From an uncultured bacterium (lineage in GTDB: Bacteria; Omnitrophota; Omnitrophia; Omnitrophales; Abzuiibacteriaceae), in the NCBI GenBank assembly GCA_964387845.1, contig CAYLXA010000004.1, forward strand, positions 32,001 through 96,000: a stretch of DNA of 64,000 nucleotides, given 5' to 3'. The position numbers and the translations under genes were made by a program. Position 1 is the stretch's first letter. Each line of letters opens with the position of its first letter. Positions 1 through 12,000 of the stretch are shown piece after piece. The notes under the pieces were generated by a model. That model was not told the DNA's origin. It ran no database searches and saw only the letters and a list, made by a program, of their open reading frames with translations.

Positions 1-51
1 TCCGCGTTTATTCTGAATACGCTCTTCTCTCAATTTACGGTCACGCAGCAC

Positions 52-3000
52 TTGAATTTTACCGGTGAAACGCTTGAAGCATTCGCCAAAACAAGCCAGC
101 TTTCCTACAGGATGCAGGAACTCAATCCGGCTGCTGAGGTAGACCGCTTGGCGAAATCCATGAACCTGACGCGTGCCGAAACGCTCAAAATACTCGGCGT
201 TCTGGACAAAATCATGGATGCAACTCTCGATCAGGTATCTGAAATGACCGGTATTGATGTCGCTAAGTTAAACGAAGCCGTTAAGAAGTTGACCGCCACC
301 GCAGAGACAGGAGCCGCGGCGCCGGTTGCCTTTACCGGCGGCGTTAAAGTTTCTCAAATTATCGAGCGGACCGGCAAAACACAAGACGAAGTGCTGGGCG
401 CTCTCGGCATCGGCAAGTTGAGTACATTTCATCTAAATGCAGTTTACGGTATCAGCGCTTCCATTTCAGCATTTGGGATTCAGCTCTCGCATCCTTTCTT
501 TAACATCGCGGACAGTGGAATGAACGTTGCGGAATCGATGGGCATGAGCGCAACCCAGTTTACACAAACGGCGCTGGCGAAACCGGTTTCCGCGATCCGG
601 TTTGGTGAGGTTATGAATCTGAGCCCGGCAGAGCAAGATCAGCTCATGACGCGGATTTTTGGAACGAAATATGCCCAGATCGTTGAGCGGCTTGAATCGC
701 AAGGTGTGAGTCTCAATGAACTTGATTTGTTTGCCGCAGCGCAAGCGCTGGGCTTAAAGAATGTCGAAACCCTGCTCGCGAGACTGCTCAGCCATATCAG
801 CGCTTATGAGTTGATTCTGAATGTTGATTTAATTAAAAACGAGCAAATCCGGAACGCTCTGCAAGCCGTGAAACCCGTTTCCGTCAAAGTGCTCAAAGCA
901 ACTTTTGAAGAAACGGCCCAGCGTACGTTAGAAAATGCCGAAGTGGTGGTTGCCGGCCTAAATGAAGCCATCACGGAACTCCGAGAAGCTGACCGGCGGT
1001 ATTCGCGTCATGCAGGCGTTGCCAAGAGCCGCATCAAAGCAATCGAAGCGAAGATTGCGGAGCTTAGAAATTTAATTCAGTCGGAGCGGGTCTGGACGGA
1101 TGCTTCCGCAGCGTATCATTACGCGGCATTAAATTCACAAATAGCTGCTTTGAATACGCTTCTTTCGAACACAGCCACCAAGCTCGAGCAGGTGGTTGAT
1201 CAGATCAATCCCCACCATCAATATATTTTGAAGGACGTAGCGCGTACCGCATCGCGTAAAACCACGATTTTGGCCGAGCAGGAACGGGATGAAATCTATC
1301 AGGAAATCGTGAAGGGGAAAGCGCTTCAGATTTCTGCGGACGGCGTTGTCACTTATCATCACAACGGCCAGACGGTTGTTCTGACGGAAGCCAATTGGCA
1401 TGAACTTGCTGAGAAGCTTGGCTTTAATCCCAATATCCGTTATCAGGAAGTGGTTCGAACGGTTGCTGACGCCCGCAACAATTCAAGGCAGTATAAAGTG
1501 AACGGCAAAAAATTGGAATTCCGCGGCGATGTATGGATCTCGCTAGAAGCCAATGCGTTGTCAGAAGACCGGCGCGCCTTCAAATATCTGGGCCAATTTG
1601 TTAACGCGATTAATTACGGCAAAGACACAATGATTTTAGGTCTCGGCGCCCTTCAGGATGCAATTCAGGGTCATGGAGGCGTTGGATTCCTCGCATTCCG
1701 CCAGATCGTGCTCCACGAAGCATTCGCGCTTTATGCGTCGTTCAGCAAAGACTTTAAAAATGCGCGCCAAATTCACATGAAAGCCCAAGAGCTTGAGCGC
1801 GAAGACACCGAAAACGCGCTTGAAGAGAAGCGCTTCAGGCAGGCGCTTTTATCACGCGATGATTTGATGATCGGCATCCGGCCTTCCGGTGAAGTCATCC
1901 GCAGCATCCTGGATTGGAGCAATCAGCGCTTTGAGATCGAAGATGAAGATTTGGTTTATGCGCAAGCAGTCGAGGAGGCCTACCAGCAAGCACAGGGCTC
2001 CGCGGAAGGTTTGATCAGTTTCTTTAGACAAATGCACATGCTTGATCTTGTTTGGGCAAAACAGTTTGTCGAACAGGAACTTGAAACCGAATCTGATTTG
2101 GCACGCCGCGATCAATTAAACGCCGAACTCGAGGCGATCAATCAACTGATTGCCGAACGTGAAGCGGCCTCCAAAGTTCATGAGCAGGATGAAAAGGATG
2201 CGCGTAAAAAGGAAACGGAAGATCTCGCAAAAGGCAAAACACCGGAACAATTACGCAAAGAGCACGCCGAAGAGCGCAGTCAAATGGCCTGGAATCAGGA
2301 AGGGTGGGAGCAATCCGCAGTGGTTGAGGTTGATCCATCCATATTACCGGCAGCTCGGTCGGAATTGAAAGCTGAGCCGGAAAAAGAGTTAGCAGCTGCT
2401 GAAGAAGCGGTGTCTACAAGTGACGTTCGTGAAGAATTTGACAAACTTCGGCGCGATGGAGCGGAAGTTAAAATTTACGGGGACGTGGCATACACAGATC
2501 TTGAGCGGGATGATTTAGCGCCCAAACATCGGGCAAAATTTGGCGATGATACTTATTATTTCTCAGATCCGTTCATTGATGCCGGTGGGCGCACTGTGGT
2601 GATCGCGTATGTTTATCATACAGATTCAAAAACGGGCCAGAGGAAAATTTTTGTCAATGCTTATTACAAGAGCAATTCACAAAATGTTTGGCGCGCTGCT
2701 TCGCATAAAGGTTATCGAGGATGGATAGGAAAAGGTTATGGCGAAGCCGGCCAAATGATTCCCATACAGCTTCAGGGTCAATTAAGTGAAATTGCCGAAT
2801 CATTGCGTTCTAGGGGCGAATTACAAGAGAAAGAAAATCGGTTCTACGGCGTTTTGGGAGCAGGTGCACAATTGCCTTTTGACAGCCAAATGGCGTCTGT
2901 TTTTAGGCCGCGGAAGGCAGATGTATTAAATGTGGCGGATGTAGTTGAAGGGTTTGATAATCAGCGCAAACGAACTACCTATGATGCTCGTTTTAAACCA

Positions 3001-6000
3001 GGCTATGAACCTGATTTCGATAACGGGATTACAGGTGTCTTTACGTCTGAAAACCCAGTTTATGGAAAAGTGACCAGCTATGTTGTTCGTTCAAAGAATG
3101 GTGAAGTTCAATACTTGTTTAATGTGGATGAAGAAGGAAGAGTTTGGATTGGCGGCGTTCAAAGTACAAATCAAGAAATTAATAGGCAAGGCATTCTCTT
3201 GGATGGTTTACAAGTGAGCATGCCAGATATTCTGCTTACCCCGGTTTTTGAATATCATGAGCAAATTCCATCTGGGTATAGAGGTAATACAAATCCCAGA
3301 CACTCAAGTTATGCGGATGTAAGCGAGCTTATTGATGGCTTCTCCGTTGTCAAAGAATTCAGAGCGAAAGTTCTCCAGAATGAAACCGTTGCAAATCAAT
3401 TAAAAGCTGAACGAGACGCGGCGATTGACAATGCGGCGAAATTGGATGCAGATATAGATAATGTTATTCAGAGCGGAGATCCCATTAAGATTACGCAAGT
3501 CATCAAACTTTTAGCAGCTGCTGCTGAAAAGTATAACGGCTTGCAACAGCTTGGAGTGCCCTATGCTGAAATTCGTGATAAGCAGAATCAATTAAGAGGG
3601 AAGTATGAAAAAGTAAAGCAAATTTTCTTATCGCAGCAAGCAAAGAAAGAAACAGAAAAAGAAAAACCAATAGAAGAAGCTGTGAAGAAAGAATCAACAG
3701 AAAAACCTCATGCCGCCGAAGGAGCTGTCAAAGCGTGGACATCGTCTCTTACGGCGACGAAGCAACTTCTGAACCGGCTCAATATCCGCTTAGTTGAAGT
3801 CACACCGAATCCGGCTGAGCCGCACAAGACCGTTTTGCGCGCAATGGCGAAAGACGCCAATGATCAAAGCGCGATCACAATTGCCAAAGAAATTAATGCT
3901 GCGCTGGACGATTTCTTTGTGATTAATGGTTTTGACGCAAGCGTCCGCTTTGAAATTCAACAAGTAGAAGCGATTGTGAATATGGCATTCGGAAACGGTA
4001 TGTTCCACTTGCTGACGGCTGGTGTCGGTAAAAACGAAGTGATTTCACTCATTGCAGGCCGTATCGCGGTTAAAATCAGTGAGCAGATATCAGAAAAAAC
4101 CGAAGATGGAGAGATAAACCCTTCGTTTAATGCTTCATTGAAAGAGTTTTTGGAAAGCCGCAATATCAAAATTGGCGACCGATTTATCGTGGTTCTTCAC
4201 AATATTCCGCTCTTTGCGCAGGCTCGCGATGCGGCGACCATCGAGAAAGAAAAGGGCATTAAAGCGTACTTAGATTATTCCGGTGTTTCAATCGGCATAT
4301 TACGCGAAGATGACCTTTACACCATCCGCGAAAGCCCGGAAGCGGTTGACGCTGAAAAAGAATCCAAGAAAGAAAAAGATTCCATTGTTGAAAAAATCCG
4401 GAAATCACGCTTTATTTTGGCACAGGACGTCGCGCTTGATTTCTTGAATAATGATTACCGCGATCGCAAGGACGAAATAGATGATCGGGAATTTCTGCAG
4501 GAAATCGAGGATGAAGCTAAAGCGAATAACCAGGTTCTAGGTTCCGGGATGATCGAATCGCGCCTCAACAGCAAAAAGAAGAGCCAGAAAATGATGCTGG
4601 ACCTGTGGAATTCGCTTTTTGTGAATAACCGCTTTGTGTTTGACGAGGGCGACACTTCGCTTCAAAAAGAAGGCGTTCAAAAGATGACCGGCGGAGAAAA
4701 GCGTCTCAATTCCGTACAGGTGAAGATGCCGAATGTGATTGATACGGCCATCGGAAAGGTTTTGGGCAAATTGCAGCCCACGGAAAGATTGAAGCGTGAA
4801 AGAGAACTTCTGAAACTGGTTGTGAGAAAAACAGACGGTTCTGCACCGACCATCCGTTATAAAGATTGGGCTGCCAAAAAGACGGCCGCGCAAATCCGAA
4901 CGGAAGTTGAGAAGGAGTTGGGAGAGAAAGCGACCGCGCAGGAAATTGACGAAGCCATTCGCGAACGTTTCAAGGACGGTGATGCGCGAGGGACCATTAT
5001 CGATGCGCGGCTCGACCTTCCTTCGCATGAAGATTACACCAATGCTGCTGCCATGGCGATTGCGGCCAAACAAAAGGATACTGATCAATTGCAGGAGCTT
5101 GTGATGAAAACGCTCGGGCCGGCAAAAAATCAGGATCCCCAAATGCAGATGAGAATCATTCAGGCGGGCGTTTCTCAAATTGTAAAAATTGTTTCCCAAA
5201 ATGGAAAAGGGCCCAAAGCCGTCGAGAAAATTCTTGAAGCATTGCTCAACCTTCAGGGCGTGATGAACAATGATTCAGATAGGATGCTCGGATTTAAGAT
5301 CATTCAGGAAATCGCAAGCGCAATTGAAGAGGAGTTCCAAGGCAAGCAGGTAAAGCTCGAATGGTTCTTGATGACGGATGAGCAATTTAAGCAAGATAAA
5401 AGCGAGTTGAATTATGAGTTATGGCAGCAGGTTCATCATGCACGGGCATCACTTGTGGGCCGCGCGAACGCGCTCAAGCAATTTGAGCGTGAGCACATCA
5501 CCATCTATCAGGAAATTGTGGCGAAGAAAGTTCCGGGCAGAGATTATGAAAACGAGCTGATTAAGATGGGTGAGGAAACGAAAGAAAAGGTGCGTCAGCT
5601 TTTGGTGCTTGCTCACCAAAACGGTTTCTCGGAAGCTGAAATCGAACAGCTTGCAAGATCGAGCCGCGAAAGCCAGTTTAGGAAAGTGCCGCGTGCGCTT
5701 CGCGAGAAATTTGGAAAATCAATCAACGAAGCTGAAGCGCTCTGGGAATTTTTGAAGAATGCCGAATGGCTCTCTGAGATTTCTCATTTCACGCTCGAAG
5801 ACACCATCAAAGTCATGGCCGGCAGCGCTGTGGCGCCCCGCCTGCAGCAATCCGATCCTTATCTGGCAGCGCATACGCAGCTCGTGTTTATGCGGGATTA
5901 TGCCGAACAGGATCTGCTCCAGAAAAAGCGGACACATTTATTGATGATCGATGCGCAGGATATGCTGGAAAGGTTGGAGAACGCCGAAAGCCAAATTAAC

Positions 6001-9000
6001 TTTCTCCAGGAAGTGAAGGTGTCGCAGGATTCCATCCGTTCATCGCGCGGCGACATGGTCCGCCAGATTCAGAAAAAATCCGTGATGCATTTGATGTCCG
6101 GCACGGGAACTCACTATGAGAATCCGCTGGGTATCAACTATGGCGTCCGCATCATTCCTTATACCAAAGGTGAACGCGACCGTTTCTTTGATGAAAGTGG
6201 CGCGCGCTTTATTAATGAAGTAGAAACACAATCAAGCGTCGCGGATGCAATTAAATCCATCAAGACGGACACAAAGGCCGGAGCCCGGGAACATCTTTAT
6301 GTGCTGATGGGCATGAAGGGCGTTGATATTACCTTCGAATTGGTGACGCCGCTTATCGAAAAACTGCTCAAAGGCCGAAATCCTGACGGAACTGAAGTGC
6401 CGAAGAGCGCACGCTATAACGAATTAATCGTAAAAGCAGTCGATGAGGGCTGGATGAAGCTGACTTATAACGAAAAAACCGGTGAAGTGATTCGTACCGC
6501 GATTCCATTCCTTTCTGAAAAAGGTGAAAACGTAAAGGAATATCTCAAAGATTACGCGACTCCCGGAAAGCGCACCGCCTTCTTCTTCGATATGGGCGCA
6601 ACGCGCGGCGTGGACGTCACAATGACTGCCAATGCGGAAGTTGTGGCGCTCTTTAATACCGGATCAACCGCGTTTGATGCGATTCAGCTCTTAAGCCGTG
6701 ACCGCGGTGTCAGAGAAGGCCCTGATGGCAAGTTTGTGTATGCCACCAGCAAAGAATTGGCGGATGATTTCCGCGCCGGTAAGATTTCGCCCAAGGAACT
6801 GAAAGAACGTTTGGCCGCAGGTGACGGTTTTACCTATGATGAGACCCGGATGGAAGGTGAGGGTGAAAACAAAAAATTGGCTTGGAATTTCAACGTTTTC
6901 CATCCGACGTCGGTGATTATGGTGGATGCCGCCAGAGCGCCTCCGTTTGGTTATACGGCGCAAGAGTTTGCGGCAACCTTGAAGCGAAATGACGTGCTTT
7001 CAAGCGAAGATCAGTTGTACAAAGCCCTGATTGATGATATTGACGGTAAATTGGTTGATTTGATTGAAGATTTACGCTTTGACGTTGCGCACTCATCCGA
7101 AGAAAAAACACTGCTGCGCGAGCTCAAAACCAAGTTTCAAAATGACCGCAACTTAGCAACCGATCCGAATCTGGGCGGCGCCCAAAAAGGCGTCGAAGGT
7201 TTAGAGGCGGCGCGTGATCGCGTACTCGGCTTCCTGAAAGAACTCGCCGGCAGTCGAGGCCAAAAAGGTTATCCGGAATTCCTCAAACTTTCGGAAAGCG
7301 TCCGAAAAATCATTCTGGATGAAATCAGCACATTAGAAACAACACCGATCGATCTGACGCAAGCTCAGCCCATCGATCGTGATGATTTTGATTCACCTAT
7401 CCAAGGAACCACCACCGCTTCAACGCCTTCCGAAGTGATTCGCCGAATCAATCAGTTGGTCCGCGTCGAAATGCTGCCGACCACGGCGCCGACACCCGGA
7501 GCGTCTGGTTCGCAGGCGCAGCCTACCAGAACGCTTGAAGCAGTCTGGTCTGAAGGCGATCGCTCGACTGTGAAAGAAGGCAAGCGCGCGGCTATGGATA
7601 AGGAGAACTATGAAGAAGGCCGTTTCCGCCCTCTTGAAAGTGAAGCAAAGGAAATGATTGATCAGAAAGGTGAAGAATATGGATTTTTAAAAGAAGGCAA
7701 AGCAACGGATCAACAGGTGAAGTTGATCGATGCGGCCATGTCGTGGATTAACGGTGTCCGCAGAAAAGGTGATGAAAGCGCCAAACTTGCGCGCTGGAAT
7801 CTTGTAACCCTTGGAAAATATTTCCGTGGAATTCATATTCCGGATTCTGATTCCGACGAAGAATGGATGAAGGCGTTTTTCAGTTTGATCGACGCCGGCC
7901 TTATTCCGATGAACATGCTTAATCAGTTGACCTTTGAATTTGTGAATAAAATCGCCGTTCTCCTCGGATCATACGACCGGGATCCGCAGCTTACACAGCC
8001 GGATAAAATTCTGGCCGCGATTCGCTTCCGTGACCCGATTATCGGGTTGGTCGAGTATTTAATGAGAAAATTGGATTCAAGAAGTGCGGAGCACGACATG
8101 CTGAGCAGGCAATACCGTGAGCGTATCCGTCAATACGATGCTTCCGAAAGCGACAATCTCCGTTATCAGCAGAATGAGCGCAGGATGCGCCAAGTCGAAA
8201 ATGAACTTTTGAAAATGCGCCTGGATGGCAAAGACAACCGGCGCCGATTTTTCAGTATTCCGAACGCGCAAAGACTTTTGTTGAAACTGGAGAAAAACTT
8301 TACCAATTCTTACATCAAAATCCGTAACCGGGTTTTGGTGCCTGCTGACATCACCAGCAAATCTTTGGCGGATGAAACTCAGTTCATCATGTCCAGAAAC
8401 TCCGACATTTCGGAACATGATGCACGCCGCTTAGCGCTTCAAAATTTAGACAGCGGCATCAATCCATATGAAGATAAAGATGCTTTTGAAATTTTGGATT
8501 TGGCGATCCGGCACCTGGACAAGACGGTCCGGATGAAGGATTTGAAGCGATTTTTGAAAGCTTTCACGCCGTTAATAGTGACAAAAAACGGCTACAACCA
8601 AGGCAAGCCGCTTTCGGATGATGATTTACGCGAAATTGCTCAATTAGCTCTTCGCATGGCGCTGTTTGGAAAAGATGACAAGGCCTACCGTCCGTTCGAA
8701 GTAAGCGAGCACTCTGTTGAGGCCGGCCGGCGCTTGAGAGATTTTGGAAAACTATTGAGATTTTTCGAGGGCAAATTCTATAACCAATACTTTGTTTCTA
8801 ATGAAAGCCTTGGGTCCGAGGAAAATACGCTCAGTGATTCGGGATCCGTATTTCATAATTTAATCCGTATTTTAATGATGCGCGGATTATCGCATCGGCA
8901 AATTGAAAGGATTATGTCAAAGCTGAGAGAAGAAAAAGAATTCTCGGATGTGGAAAAGCCGTATCTCGATCTCCAAAAGAGAATTTTGGAAAAACGAAAA

Positions 9001-12000
9001 CGCGGTGAAAATGTTAGCGAAACCGATCAGCAGGAGTTGAAAACAGCGTTCGGCAAATACGAAGGCATTTTGTACTCTGAGACCGTCACCAAAATCATTG
9101 AAGACGAACTTCGGACGCAATCTAGCGACTTAGCGGATGAAGTTATGCCTATTTATCGCAAGCAAGTGAACCGGATCAGCGCTTTCAGAATGAAGGATGA
9201 AAGTCAGGCTCATTTTGATCATATGGCAGCAGAAATCGATAAATTGGAATCCAAACTTGCTTCCGAAATTAATGAAGAGAGAAAGAAACAGATCAAAGCT
9301 AACATTACAAGTTTGCGTATGGCGCTCAAGGGTGTAGAGGAAATCGCGACCCGAATTCAAGAAGAAGGCCCGGGGGCCGATACGCCAGCTTTTGTGCGCA
9401 GCGGCATGATGCACTTCGTGCGCCGCTATTTCAAAATGCTGCTCAAACTTTCGCTGTTGGGTAAATTTGGTTCAACTGAGAAGGAAATGAATGAAGCGAT
9501 CACACTCTTTTTCTTGCCCTTGATGCTGCACGAAGTGACGGAACATCAGATTGACCACACCAAGATTGATTACTCAAAAGATCTGAAAAAATATGTCAAA
9601 ACAGAGGGCGCTAACGACCTTGGAAAAATGTTCCGCGACATTCTGGCGGAAGGCACAGCAGCCAGTTTGGTTGCACTTTTGCCTGAAGAAACACGTTTGA
9701 AATTAGCAAAAGTTTACGAAGCAGCCGGTGAAGAGCTTCATCAAGCCGGTATTTATGCGCGCAAAATGGCGGTGTACAACAAAATGGCAGCCAATCCGGA
9801 GCTGGGGCTCGATCTTTTCTCGGCAGATCCGGCACGTCAAGTGAAAGCGGCAGAGCCGATCGTGGATTATTTTAAGACCACCTTCATTAACTATTACTTT
9901 GAAGCCATCGCTGCAATCCGCGCCGGCAATCCTTATTTGGCCAAGGAAATTCTGGAGCAGGTCTATTTCAAGAACCGGAATGAAAAAGGAGATCTCAAGC
10001 CGGAAGCTGATGTCAGCGATTTCGCTTTCGAGGAAGCGATGCGCTATGTGCGTGAAGCGATCCGGCTGCACGGCGATTTAAAACTTTCGCGCGAAGACAG
10101 AGAAAAACAGAGCAAGGATGTTGCCGATGCCATGGATCAACATATTAATACAACGATCAGCCGCTTGTTCCAGGCCTATGCCGGACGGCAGGACTGGGGC
10201 CAGGTAGTTGAAAACACATTGAGCGCCGCTGGTGCACCGGGCCAAGATCAGTCACAGCAGCGCATTCAGGGGGAAGCCGAAATAGTTACAAAAGGCCAGC
10301 GCGAGCTCTTTGAGAAACTAACGGGTCAATCAATTGATGAACAAAATGGACAGCCGCAAGCATTGACCGATGAAGGTTTGGAAGAACTCGCCAATGGATT
10401 TAGGAATTTTAAAAATAACGGCGGCAATCCGGATCCTCAAAAGGTGCGCGCCAAAGACTTCAAAGCAGTCAAAGCCGTTTGGGTCGATCCAGGCAAAAAT
10501 AATGAAATGCTGAAATCGCTCATGGAAAAATTAGGCATGCCATTGACGCCTTTTGTGCGTCTCGTGGTTGATCAAAAGGATTGGCCGGCATTTGAAAAGA
10601 AATTAGGCCACGATGGTTCACAGGCTTTTGCCGAAAACCGGGAGCGATTCCCTGAAAACTCTGTCTTGGGCAGAGCCGGTATTCTGATCACGCAAGCCGG
10701 CAATAGCGAAAGCACGATGATTGTCGTGCTGCACGAATTGACCCACTTATTGGATTATTTAAAAACACAGGCAAATCATGAAGCAAATGCGATCGACGGC
10801 CTTGTCATGACCGAAGCGCTGCGTGAATTTAAGGCCTTTGTTCCGTTGGTGCTAGAACACAAAATGACTTGGCAGGGTGTTTATCAGGAATTTGCCAAAG
10901 AAGATAAGCATGGCTATTTGAATCAATATTATGACCAGGCCGGAATCAAAGACGCGGATGAAAGAAAGAAGTTGAGGGTGCGTCATTTGGCCATCATTTC
11001 CGCCCTCATTCAAATCATGGGGCTTTACACAAAACAGTGGGATGGCAATCCAAAGGTTATCATGAATCTGCTTCAGAGCGTGACAACGCCTCAGGAATTA
11101 TTCAGCCAATTTTTGGCCCTCTTGCCGGAGCTTGATTTGGAGGGAAAATCGATTCAGCCCCTTGTAAAGTCATTCTTTGACGGCTTATTGGATGAAAGGC
11201 CGAAGGCCGTAAACCAGACGCCCGAGAATGAACAGATTTTTAAATCTTATATGGACTTTTCCGGCAGTCTGTTGAGCCATCAGAATCAAGATGTCAGCGA
11301 GGCGGCTTTAACCGCGTTCCTTGATTATCCGGATATGCCTTACCGCAAAACCTATATCGAGGAACATTTACGAGCGGTTCCGAATCAGGTCAACGCAAAG
11401 GCCGTATTGGATGCGACCGAGAAGTTTGTGAGCGACCTTGAAGCCGCAGCTACAGAGGAAGAAAGAAAGCAAGTTGTGGAGTCTGAGAAGCAAGCTGAAG
11501 AACCGTCGCCGATTCTGAACCGTCATTTTGGGAAATTTGTTGTAGAGCTTTCAGGCATGCCGACCGCGGAAGATTTTCAAAGAATGACTGCTTTTGATTA
11601 TGAATTTGCCGTGACCGCCAAGCTGGATGAAAATAAAGAAAAGCATTTTTATATGACCATCGGTACTTTCGATGAAGCGGTGGAAACTTACGGCAAAGAA
11701 AATCTAGCCGGCTTTTATCACACGCATCCGGCGGGTGAAGAAGGAGAGGTTTCAGCAATTCCAAGCGGCATTGCGACCGGAGATGAAATCTACAACTATG
11801 ACGGCATTAATCAAATTTTACCCGGAACTTATGCGCATATTGGTACCGAAAAAACACTAACGCGTTATTTCAAAATTGATGCGAATCAGGCAAAGGCTTT
11901 GGATTTCATGATTGATGCCGGCGAGAAGGTCGCGGATATTGTGGGTGATTTGCGCGAAGTTCGCACGAAAGCCGGTGAATTCTTGAAGGCCGGCAAACTT

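Noticed and set aside
11700-11830. A possible JAB/MPN (JAMM) metalloprotease motif, HTHPAGEEGEVSAIPSGIATGD, in the giant protein.
   Set aside because: The spacing does not fit the canonical HxHx7Sx2D. It is mentioned only as a weak possibility inside the giant-protein finding.
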